From Marsupella aquatica (Eukaryota; Plantae; Marchantiophyta): 64,000 nt of DNA. The notes below the pieces were generated by a model. The model did no database searches. It was given only the letters and a program-made list of their open reading frames with translations, and was not told the origin of the DNA. Numbering within the stretch: position 1 is the first letter of the stretch; each line of letters opens with the position of its first letter. A program made the translations under genes and the position numbers. The stretch is from the NCBI GenBank assembly GCA_973895155.1, contig OZ316892.1, positions 24,761,233 to 24,825,232 on the forward strand, written 5' to 3'. This document shows, in pieces, positions 13,176 through 24,400 of this stretch.

Positions 13176-13680
13176 TGTAGGGTAACCCATACCGAGGAGG
13201 GACTAATGAGATGTGTTAAAGCATGACTTACAACTCAAGACATACAATGCTTTTACAATCAGGACAAAAACATAAAATCGCTATGGGCTACCAAAAGACG
13301 TACCCCATAAGGTGGTACGTCCCAAAAACTAAAACCTTAGCACACTGCTTAGGGGAGTACTTTGACACGCCCTAATGGGATGTAATCCCAAAGGGCGTTG
13401 TGCCTGAGGGGGTTACAGCCGTTATCCCCAAGTGGGGATGAGATACCAAGCCTAAAGCCCGATTGAATTTTTTGAATCATTCAGTTCAGTTTTACACAGG
13501 AAAAGTTTCATCTGTCATTGTCTAGCACTTGCACTTTACTCAGTTTTTCATTCAAATTTCAGAATCCCCAGGCTAGGCTAGCCCAGGGGTTCCGTGGCTT
13601 CACCCGAGGGTAATGTCTCATAACCTTGTACACACATACAGAGGAAAAAATCAGGAGACTTTATGGTGTAGGGTAACCTT
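13176..13680 (+). mobile_element. Family A copy 2, inverted relative to copy 1 and interrupted by a 154-bp TG...CA insert (13214-13367)
   Basis: Starts GTGTAGGGTAACCCAT. 13372-13665 aligns with the reverse complement of 12731-13025. A second GTGTAGGGTAACC start follows immediately at ~13666. Confidence 0.75.
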
Positions 13681-14086
13681 TTTCATTACCTTTGTGACTT
13701 AGAGATTTCCAAGGGTTAAGGTGTATAGTAATGGTCCCTAGATGGACCATTCCCGCACATTAAGGTAGACTGTATGTAGATACACTCTCGACCCATGTAT
13801 GTGGGGAGGTATAAGCATGATGGAGAGCATGGATCATTGGTAAATGTTAAGGTAGTTTTTGTTCATGCCAAGCAACCAATGTTTTGGGTCAGACCAGAAA
13901 CAAGCATACCCCATGAATGACACATTACTAGTGTGTGTGGTCTTGCTAATCCCATAAACTTATGTCCCAATCAATGCCTCAAATCATATGTGCACCATTA
14001 TGCGATATAACCGATGATGAGGCAGATTTTGATTCACTCATATACTTGTGTAGTCGGCTACTCCCCTTAGCTTGTAGAATAACTAA

Positions 14087-14172
14087 TCCCCAAGAGGGGG
14101 TATATAGTGGGATGTAATCCCTGAGGGCCGTGAGGGGTTGCAGTCAATTATCCCCAAGTGGGGATGAGTTAC
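14087..14172 (+). mobile_element. Family A partial copy
   Basis: CCCCAAGAGGGGG...GGGATGTAATCCCTGAGGG..GAGGGGTTGCAG...TTATCCCCAAGTGGGGATGAGTTAC. Confidence 0.7.
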
Positions 14173-14811
14173 TTACATCCTCTCCTTGTTCCTTGCCTAT
14201 ATCCTCTCCCTAATGCCCTCTGTGATTTTTCCCTTTGTAATTTTAAGTGCATTCATGGAGACCAAATGCATAATTAAGCTTTGGATGAGTTCATTACAAA
14301 GATTCTCCTTTACTCTTACTAAAATTAGTAAAAATAAATATCTCTCGGGCCTTCAAGAATACTAAGGTCCTCTTCCATAACATCATGGGCAATAATAGCC
14401 CCTCAAAGTTTCGGGCTTTGTCCCCTTCCCAAAAATTAATAATAATAATAGTAGTAATAATAAATTAAAAATAGCCCCTCAAACTCCAGCTGAAGTTCTC
14501 ATTTTATGGGGAACTATGGCAACACATTGCCTTGTAAACAGGTCTTTATTATATACAAAGTGAATTGTTAGCATAACCAGTTTCAAAATCTCAAGGATAT
14601 CCGTGATCTTGTGACATGTGGTGGAATCTTTGATGTAGATGAAATACAGACCAGGAGAGAGGTACTTTCCTGCGGATGTCATGCTTACCAAATATGGAAG
14701 GTTGTGAAATAAGGGGCTAATTGCCAATCATTTAGAGATAAGGGCCACCATTGGGAAGCCATCCCTCATATAATCAGTGGCTATATGCTCCATTTAGCAG
14801 TCACAGGTTCA

Positions 14812-14830
14812 ACCATTGGAGATGCTCTTA
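14812..14830. mobile_element. Right terminus of a Tourist/PIF-Harbinger-like MITE
   Basis: CCATTGGAGATGCTC followed by TTA is the reverse complement of the widespread plant GAGCATCTCCAA TIR plus a TAA/TTA target. The matching left TIR was not found. Confidence 0.55.
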
Positions 14831-15675
14831 GAGGTGTCTTGCATGTAGTTGGCCCTTACATTCAGCCATAACCAATGGTTTGACAATGTATTACTGCAAG
14901 AGAAGTTTGTCCCTAGACCACCTCCTTAGCCAGGCTTGATGGTTTGATAAACAGAAGTCTAAGGGCAAAGTTTGGAAATGTTCCTACCATTGACATCCCC
15001 ACCTTTGAAACTCAGATAAAATGCATATAGTAGGAGTAGTGATTGTCTTGGACTGCAGTTTCACATACAAAAGTGATTGCAACACCATAGCTCTTAGAGC
15101 ATTGCTAGCGGTGACTCTAAATGCCCAGCAGGTGACAACTTTGGCATCTTGGGCATTGTACTCCAAGAAAGTCATCCACATCAGGAGGCGTAGTTCAAGC
15201 CGGCCCTCGGGGGTCTCACTATATGAGGACCTCCCCATCACCAGCCACATTTTTAGGCCTCAGACCCCCTAAAATGTAAATTTTTTTTAAAAAAATGTAA
15301 CCCCTATAAAGTTGGAATATTCTTATAAGTCTCAAAATTAAATTTAAAAGACCCTATTGTTCTTCTGCAAAAATTCTTTCCTTATGAACAATAAAACAAC
15401 CCTATCATTAGTCGCATGTGATATGTCATTTTTGTGGAAGTGAAACCCTCGAGAGCCGGCCACACTTATCTTTCACACACCATAGCTACCTAGTTTAGGT
15501 GTGCACTAGCTCCTGCCCATGCCTCCCCAAATGCTACAAATGGTAGAGATGTATGGTCCTGATCAACCAGAAAGTTGATCAAGGCGTTTCCGGTGGGTAT
15601 CCCTGTCTTTTGGGATTTATCGGCTTGGGTAGTGGAAAGGGTGGGAGTCATCTTTTGTGACTCACACCATATGGA

Positions 15676-16096
15676 TGTTGGGTATTTACTCTTACGTCTA
15701 GGTTAGGTATGACGTGGTTGGTACAACAACGTGGGTTGGTACAACTACGTGGTTAGGTACAACTACGTGATTAGGTACAACTATGTGGTTAGGTATAACT
15801 ACGTGATTAGGTACAACTATGTGGTTAGGTACAACTAAGTTGCACACTATATCATAAGAGGCATGTGTGCTTGGAGAGGTAGAACCAAGGCTCATTGTTA
15901 TGGAGCCACTTGAGAGATAGGGAGAGCTTACACTGTGGAGACTCGGTATAGCTGACGGGCTTAGAGTTCAGTAAAGCTCTCTTGTGTGTTCCCGTGGACG
16001 TAGCCTCAAGGAGGTGAACCATGTATCTCTTGTGTCGACTATTGTGCGTTGGATGGTTCATGGGCTTGCCGTTGCGATCGTCGTCTATGCTCAACA
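15676..16096 (+). repeat. 5' LTR (contains ~7 x 18-bp GTGGTTAGGTACAACTAC tandem repeats)
   Basis: TGTTGGG...TCAACA. Four differences from the 3' LTR were seen by eye. Confidence 0.97.
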
Positions 16097-16098
16097 AT

Positions 16099-16110
16099 TG
16101 GTATCAGAGC
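16099..16110 (+). promoter_or_regulatory. Primer binding site (tRNA-iMet)
   Basis: TGGTATCAGAGC, 2 nt after the 5' LTR. Confidence 0.95.
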
Positions 16111-16519
16111 ATGCTTGGGAGGTGACGTGTGTTCGTGATGGGATTTCATTACGGTTTTTCCAGCGTTGAGTGTCGGTGGATTTCCCGGAGTTCCATCGCA
16201 TGGAACTTGGAGTTTATGGGCTCAACGGATAGATCGGGGCAAGAGCTTTCTAACGGTGTGAAGAAATCGCTGAACGGAGCTCGTGGTGCAGAGAGATCTA
16301 AGTTTTCGTCGTTCTAGATTTTGTGAAGAAAGTTGGCAATCGACTCGGAGGGAGAAGCGTCAAGTGTTTTGACTCAACGGAGAGATTGAGGCAAGACGAT
16401 TGTTTTGAGTCCGGGATTGGCTCTTTGATGCAAAGAGGAAGGCTAAGCAAAATCAATTACCTTGTTGGACTTGGTGACGGCACCAAGTGCAATTGATCAA
16501 CATTCGTTGTTGACAAGAC

Positions 16520-19500
16520 GTGGAACTTGAAGCACGAGGATCACCGCGGCGGTTTCAGGGGCAGAGAGAGAAGCAGGAGGAAGAGCACGTGACACCGATA
16601 CCATCACCGGTGCGGCGTGTGGTGGAGGAAGCAGTACTACTACCGGAGCTCACGGTAGTGCCAAAGAAGAAGATGGGGACTTTCAAGCTTGGGGGACCCA
16701 AGTATGAAGTGACAAAGTATGATGGGCGCTCTGACTACTTGCTATGGGAGAAGCAGGTGAAGGGAGTGCTCTATGCGTCAGGGATGGGCCAACTGCTGAG
16801 CCCTCGTGAAGACGATGTTGATGAGAAACAATGGGACCGCATGCAGGAGCAGGGAGTGTGGTGTGTTACACTCTATCTCATGCCTCCCATCATCAAGCAG
16901 TTGGGTGCACATAAGGATTGCATGTCCTTGTTTGCGGAATTGCAGAGCAAGTATCACCACAAGGAGTTGTCGAACCGGCTCTACACTTCCTACAAACTCA
17001 TGAGTTTCAGGATGAAGGAATCCGGTACAAAGTTGCAAGACCATGTGGATGCTTTCAACGACATGGTCGTTGACTTGGAAAACCTTGGGGAGACTTTGAA
17101 TGATGAGACGAAGGCTCTACAACTTCTTAGTTCATTGCCTCCATCTTACCAGTCCCTATCACGAGTGTTGTTGCATCGTGATAGGGATACCATTTCATAC
17201 AATGACGTGGTAAGTTCTCTGCTTAGTGATGATCTTCAGCAGAAGATGCACATCACATCACAGCCTTCATCATCTGGTGTTGCCCTCAATGTTAACCGTG
17301 GGAGGGGTATGCAGCGACCAACTGGGGACCGTAGAACCCAGTTTAGATCTAAATCCAGATCTAAGTCCAAGGGTAAATCCCCTCAGAGGAGGCAGGTGAC
17401 ATGTTGGAAGTGCAACCAAGTTGGACACTTCAAGCGAGACTGTAAGGGAAAGGCAGCGGAAACTTCATCGGCAAATGTGGCTAGGGCTGATGGAGAAGCT
17501 GATTTACTCAATGATGAATATGTTTTATGAAGCCGGGGATATGCCCTGTGCACGTCATCTAGGAGAGCAGATGATGTGTGGATTCTTGATTGTGCTTGCT
17601 CTTTTCATATTTGTTACATTCGTGAGTTTTTCAGTTCTTACTCTATTTCAAACGGTTCAGTTCTGATGGGAAATGATCACTCCTGTCAAATTGAAGGAAT
17701 TGGGTCTGTGAAGATTCAAATGTTTGATGGCGCTGTGCGCACAGTGTCCGGAGTCAGGTATGTACCTGGCATGCGTAAGAATCTGATTTCACTCGGTGTG
17801 TTGGATTCAAATGGTCATCAATGGAGCGTTATTGATGGTGAACTTCAAGTCAGGTCGGGAGAGACAGTGATTTTGAAGGGGAGTAGACAAAAGAATTTGT
17901 ATGTGTTACAGGGCAATACTGTATGTGGAGAGGCCAATGTAACCAAGTCTCACGAGGAGATGACTCAACTGTGGCATTCACGGCTAGGCCACATGAGTGA
18001 GAAGGGTTTGGCTATCTTACGAAAGAATGGACTCATTTCTGATTTGCAATCTTGTAAATTAGAGTTTTGTGAGCATTGCATTATTGGAAAGCAGCATCGT
18101 TGTGCTTTTGGTGTTGGAACTCATCGTTCCAAAACGGTTCTTGAGTACATACATAGTGACGTGTGGGGTCCATCCCCGACTCCCTCACACTCTGGAAAAT
18201 TGTACTATGTATCATTTATTGATGATTACTCAAGATTTGTGTCGATTTATTTCATGACGCATAAGTCTGATGTCTTGTCCATTTTTAAGAAGTGGAAGGC
18301 CCAGGTGGAGAATCAGACTGGAAACACGATCAAGTGTTTGGATACAAGGGTGAAGAGTCTGAGGTCAGACAACGGCGGGGAGTACACTTCAATGGAATTT
18401 GAAGAGTACTGTTCAGAACAGGGGATAACTCGCCATCTCACCACAGTTTATACTCCGTAGTAGAATGGTGTCGTTGAGAGGCTCAATCGAACACTGTTGG
18501 AGCGGTCACGGAGTATGTTGAGCCAATCAGGTTTACCACAAGAATTTTGGGCAGAAGCTGTCAATACCGCAGCTTATTTGGTAAATCTTTCTCCTTCTAG
18601 TGCTATCAATTTCAAAACGCCGTTTGAGATGCGCTATAAGCGGCAAGCAGACTATCATGGCTTGGTAGTTTTTGGAAGTGATGCATATGCTCTCACACCA
18701 AAGCAGAATAGGACCAAGTTGGATCCTACCTCCAGGAAATGTATTTTTCTTGGGTACCAGAGTGGTGTGAAAGCCTATAGGCTATGGGATCCTATTGCCT
18801 GTAAGCTCGTTGTCAGTAGGGATGTTTCCTTCAATGAATCCAGATTATTGAAGGAGGGGGAGAATACTCAGGTCTCCCGTACTGACAAAGGAAAATCTCC
18901 TATCCCGGATCTCGTTGAGGGGGAGATTGGTTATGAGGTGCATGACCGGAGAGAAGGAGTTGCTCCAATTATGGAGCTGGTTCCTGTGCCAGAGGAACCA
19001 GAGGAGTTTGTTGATGCTGGTGAGCAGCAAGTGGATGCTGTTGAGCTTCAAATTGTACCAGCACACGCAGACCAACCGGAGTCATCGGCTAGAAGAACAT
19101 CTGGTCGCACTGTACGCGCTCCACCAAGGTGTGGACAGTGGGTTGATTCATCTCAACTGCAAGAGGATGATTTTACAGCTGATGATGAGGGTGATGCGTT
19201 AATATTGGAAGAAGGGGAACCTTCTTCATTTCATGAGGCAAGTGCTTCAAAGGAGAAGCAGAAGTGGACTACAGCAATGTAAACGGAGATGCAGTCACTA
19301 AAGGACAACAAAACTTGGAAGCTTGTTAAGCTGCCTAAGGGTCAACAAGTGGTGGACAGCAAGTGGATTTACAAGCTGAAGGATAATTCCATAGGAGGTG
19401 GATCGAAGGTCTACAAGGCTAGGTTGGTAGCAAAGGGATTCACACAAGAGAAAGGTGTGGATTACAATGAGGTCTTCTCACCAGTTGCTAAGTACTCTAC

Positions 19501-20803
19501 AATACGACTATTGTGTGTACTTGTTGTAATGTTTGGTCTGCTGCTAGATCAGATGGATGTTGTCACAGCTTTCCTCTATGGCACATTGGAAGAGGTGATC
19601 TTCATGAGACAACCGCTAGGTTTTGTGAAGAGAGGACAGGAGGAATTGGTTTGCAGATTGCTGAAATCCTTGTATGGGTTGAAGCAGTCACCAAGACAGT
19701 GGAACAAGCGGTTTGACGATTGGATTTGGTCACAAGGTTTTCACAGAAGTGTATTTGACCCTTGTGTGTATTTGAAATCGGTAAAGAATATTGTATTTGG
19801 GTTCATTGTTTTAGTACTTTATGTGGATGATATGCTAATTGCAGCCAAGGATAGGTCTGAGATTGCTAAGCTCAAGGCACTGCTTAGTGCAGAGTTTAAG
19901 ATGAAGGACTTAGGGCCAGCTAAGAGGATTTTGGGTATGGAGATCACTAGGGACTTGGAGGCTGGCAAGCTATGGTTGACGCAGAGCAGTTATGCGAGGA
20001 AGGTAATTGCAAGGTTCAACATGGGGAATAGCAAGCCAGTAAGTACCCCGTTGGCTCCACACTTCAAGTTATCATCAGCGTTCTGTCCTACGGATGACAC
20101 AGAGAAGGGGTTGATGTCAAAGGTTCCGTATGACAAGGCAGTGGGGAGTCTCATGTATTTGATGACTTGCACTAGACCTGATCTTGCCATGGCTATGGGC
20201 AAGGTAAGCAGGTACATGTCAAATCCAGGGAAGGTACACTGGGAAGCAGTGAAGTGGATTATCAGGTACTTGAAGGGTACCGTGGATCATGGTCTTTTAT
20301 TTGATGCGAATGCAAAGAATGCTAAATCATTGATTGGCTATGTTGATTCTGACTATGGACAAGATTTGGACCGAAGGAGATCAACAACAGGATACGTGTT
20401 CACACTTGGCGGTGGATGCATAAGTTGGAGGTCTACTTTGCAGAAGTGTATTGCTCAGTCTACTACAGAAGCGGAGTATGTTGCAACTGCGGAAGCAGCA
20501 AAGGAAGCGATTTGGTTGGATAGACTTATCACTGAAATGGGATTGCCACAGGGGAATGTGAAGCTCCATTGTGATAGTCAAAGTGCGCTCCACCTTGCTA
20601 TGAACCAGGTGATGGACAGCAGAATGAAGCACATTGATGTTAGGTACCATTTTATCAGGCAGGTTGTGTCTGATAATTTGTTTGAGCTAGTCAAGATTGA
20701 TGGTAAACTCAACCCGGCTGACGCATTTACCAAAGTGATTCCTTTGGAGAGTTTCTCTAGACACCGTGACGTATTGCAGGTTTTGCAATTGCATCACAAG
20801 TAG
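16520..20803 (+). pseudogene. Copia gag-pol polyprotein in one frame, with in-frame stops at 17528, 18458/18461 and 19280
   Basis: Gag with CWKCNQVGHFKRDC zinc knuckle; protease WILDCACSFH; integrase WHSRLGH..CEHC, DVWGP, SDNGGEY; RT YVDDML; RNase H DSD..EAE..CDSQSA..ADAFTK. All listed ORFs share one frame. The true gag start codon is uncertain. Confidence 0.95.
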
Positions 20804-20982
20804 AGTTTTCTTAACATTCATTGTAATTACTGATATATGCTCTTCCTCATTCCTATGTATTAGGCTACGGCTTAGTTCTGGTTTGCTCTAGTTAGAGAGG
20901 GAAACCAATTTGGTTTTTGTCCAGAACTTCCCGCTGAGGGATCATATACATTGGCAGTATTACTCTCCCCTAGACCAGAGTC

Positions 20983-20993
20983 AAGGGGAAGAT
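20983..20993 (+). promoter_or_regulatory. Polypurine tract
   Basis: AAGGGGAAGAT immediately before the 3' LTR. Confidence 0.9.
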
Positions 20994-21414
20994 TGTTGGG
21001 TATTTACTCTTACGTCTAGGTTAGGTATGACGTGGTTGGTACAACAACGTGGGTTGGTACAACTACGTGGTTAGGTACAACTACCTGATTAGGTACAACT
21101 ATGTGGTTAGGTACAACTACGTGATTAGGTACAACTATGTGGTTAGGTACAACTAAGTTGCACACTATATCATAAGAGGCATGTGTGCTTGGAGAGGTAG
21201 AACCAAGGCTCATTGTTATGGAGCCACTTGAGAGATAGGGAGAGCTTACACTGTGGAGACTCGGTATAGCTGACGGGCTTAGAGTTCAGTAAAGCTCTCT
21301 TGTGTGTTCCCGTGGACGTAGCCTCAAGGAGGTGAACCACGTATCTCTTGTGTCGACTATTGTGCGTTGGATGGTTCATGGGCTTGCCGTTGCGATCGTC
21401 GTCTATGCTTAACA
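20994..21414 (+). repeat. 3' LTR
   Basis: TGTTGGG...TTAACA followed by TSD ATGGA. Confidence 0.97.
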
Positions 21415-24400
21415 ATGGATAGGGTTGCACTGGACTATACATCATCCACCTTGTTACAAAGACACGTTGAGGGCAACTAGTGAGAATGCTTTTATAGAAC
21501 CAACGAGGCGGTTTGAGAAAAAGTCTCCAAACTTCATCCAGAGGTCACATTGGGTACAAAAATAGTAACTAGAACAAAACTAGAATACACAGACTCTCTC
21601 TAAGTGCACATTCTAGGGGAGAAGCTCTCCCAAACTGCTATATCCCCAGTATGTAAAGTGAGCCTCAGGTGTTTCTCTCCTGGCCCAAAACCTAGGTGGG
21701 CCGACAGGGCAAATTGGGTCATGTTTATTGACGTCCATCTAGTTGTGGAGGTGTGTCAAATATCTTGTGTAGGTGAAAAGTGGACCATGGTCTGTTATTT
21801 ATGACACATAATGTATACCCTTTTCATTTGAACATATTGGCTTCACCTAGCCATCTCCCTTGTCACCCTAAGTAAGTTCTTACATGAGACTTTTCACTTC
21901 ACCCTATCTTTTCTCCTTTCATTCTATTTCTCCCTGCACACTAACACACATACAACCTACCTAGAGCCCTCATTTGGCTAGGAAATAAGGTACAGAAAAT
22001 ACAAAATGAATTTTTTTTGAAGGGATTTATGCACCAAAGCAGCACCCGAGGCCTGCCCAAAAATATTTCTATTCAATATAAGCAAGAGTGGTAGTGTTCA
22101 AGTGAGCTTGAAGCACAGGGTGGACAATGATTGTGGTCATGTTGTCCTTGCAGTAGTGTGTTGCCCCACTACCTAAGCCAATACCCTTGCATTGCAACTC
22201 TTCTATACCCAATTGGAGGCTACATAAATATTGAGTAAGGTACTAGGGTAGGGTATCCCTGAGCCCTAGCAGTGCTGACAGCTGTGAGGGGGCTGGGGTC
22301 ATACCACTAGCCCCGTAGTTGCTCTAAGGTTCTTTGATCTCCCTTTGCCTCAGGTACCATCCCTGTTTCCCTGGCTTCGAGGGTGGTTGTGCACAAGAAG
22401 TGGGGGCCATTGTTTCCGCTTATTCACTCCAAAATTAAATCTGAATTGTATAGTGAGTGGACACGACTAAAGTTGCCTTTACAAGATCTGGGCCCAATCA
22501 GATATGGTGTCTTCTATCCTACATGGCAAGCAACAGACCTAAGTAAATGCTCACATGGAGTGCTTATGTTGTCTAGAACTTTAGGCCATCTCCAAAGGTG
22601 GTCCAAATGCTTCCAAACTTTGCCTCATTCTCAAAGTGTATTTTATTTTATTGAATTTCATTTCAAAGACTTTAGGCATGGAGTCATCTTTTCAATAAGA
22701 AGTAACCCTCCTTGTAGACTACCCTACATAGGTGCATGCTCCGGAGTTGATGGTGTATCCTCTGTTGGATCGGTCAGCTCTGGGTATTCAAGGCAAAAGA
22801 AAAAAAAGTGACTCTCCAGTTTGAGTTGATGAAGAACAAGCCACAATACCCCAAGTCTTGTAAACCTTTTTTTTTAAGACCAGATGACTGGCAAGAGCAT
22901 TATTTTGTAAAAGTTTCATCCTTGTTTGGGGGCATTTGATCATTACTTTTTGGCTCACACTTTTTGGTTCCTGTGCTGGTAGGGTCCCACTCTAATCTAC
23001 ATCGGGGTTTTCAGTTCCATGCCTTTATAGCTTTCAACCTTGTCAACTATCTTCTTGGTGCTTTACGTGTCACCGGATGGTTGCATTGCTTTTTACACCC
23101 TCGTTTGAAGCTCTTCTATATGAACCATATTTACCGCCTTCATTCTTTGGCGGTCACACACTTCTACCAAGTCACAACTTCATCAATTCCCCGGTCCACA
23201 TAGGTTAATTTAAAATCAATTCCTATAATATATATTCTTGCCAAAACTCTTCATTGTCTGTTTTCCTTACAAACTTGCAAGGAGTGAACAAAGTCCAGCT
23301 TTCAAATGTATCCTAGAGTTTTTCATCACTGTTGGGTTGTGTGGAGTGGGATGCCCAAGGAGGGGCTATGTACAACAGGCTACTAGGGGATAAGTGGTAA
23401 CTGTGAAGATTTATCAGTAAATCAAGTACTATAATAATGTGCAACCCCACCAAAACTCTATGGCCCCTGCTTAGAAACCTGAAGGGAGGGAAAGCCAACA
23501 GCTAGTCAAATGCATTCTAGAGTTTTCTTTGCGACCAGACATTTTCACCCACAATATTTTGTGTCCACCTAAACATTCCACATTGACAAGAGTACCTTGC
23601 ACCCAATTTAGGTGGTTGATTTCAATTTTTTATGCAATAACATCTTTTTTGCATTGACATCTTTTGGTAAATGACATGTTTTACACCATGACATGGTTTT
23701 TGGAACAATATCTTTATGCAACGCATGGTCATTGTGCCAGACTTTAGTATAAAACATGGTGTTAGAGTAAATTTTCGGGATGGATTACCAAGGACAGTTC
23801 TTGAGGTGTATTTCCCCTTATTTTCATCAGAGAATTCACCCCAGTCTCATAATACTAGAGGGGCCGGCAAAGTCTTATAACCTCAAAGCCAGGCTGGCCA
23901 AGGGATTGAGTTTATTAATGTCAATAATTAGGAATGAAGACATCTAACCAACAATTCTGACCCAAAGCTACACAGTAAGGGGTCGATGGTCTAGGGTGAA
24001 ATATCTACAGTAGACAATGACTCTAAGGTGGCAATAAACTTGGGGCGAGGCAGCAAGTGGGGAAGGCTGTGCTAGTTTGCAGACAAAAATAGCTTAGGCA
24101 GTTTCAACATCAAAGTCTGCAAACCGTTAGGCTAGTTGGCAAACAAACAAAAAATGCACTAGCCTTTGGTAGGCTTATATCTTTTTTGCTTGGCAGGGAG
24201 CTCCAAACCTTACTCTAGCGGCCTGGTTGGGTAGCCTTCCACTAGCCTCCACTTGGCATTGGGCTCCAAGCACAGATGAGTCAGATCTGTTCTTTGTGGG
24301 CCATTCTCTATGTTGATTGGCCAAGCAGGCTCGACCCAAAACCTCTGGTCGGTGTCCCTGCTGTCCTGATTGGCAAAGAGCTCCAACCCGATCCACACTG

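Larger units (their letters stand above)
15676..21414 (+). mobile_element. Full-length Ty1/Copia LTR retrotransposon (Tnt1/Tork-like), 5739 bp
   Basis: LTRs 15676-16096 and 20994-21414 (TG...CA, 421 bp each). TSD ATGGA at 15671-15675 and 21415-21419. PBS and PPT present. Domain order gag-PR-IN-RT-RH. Confidence 0.98.

Noticed and set aside
15698-15895. VVPNH-repeat ORFs (also 21016-21213)
   Set aside because: Antisense translation of the 18-bp LTR tandem repeat.
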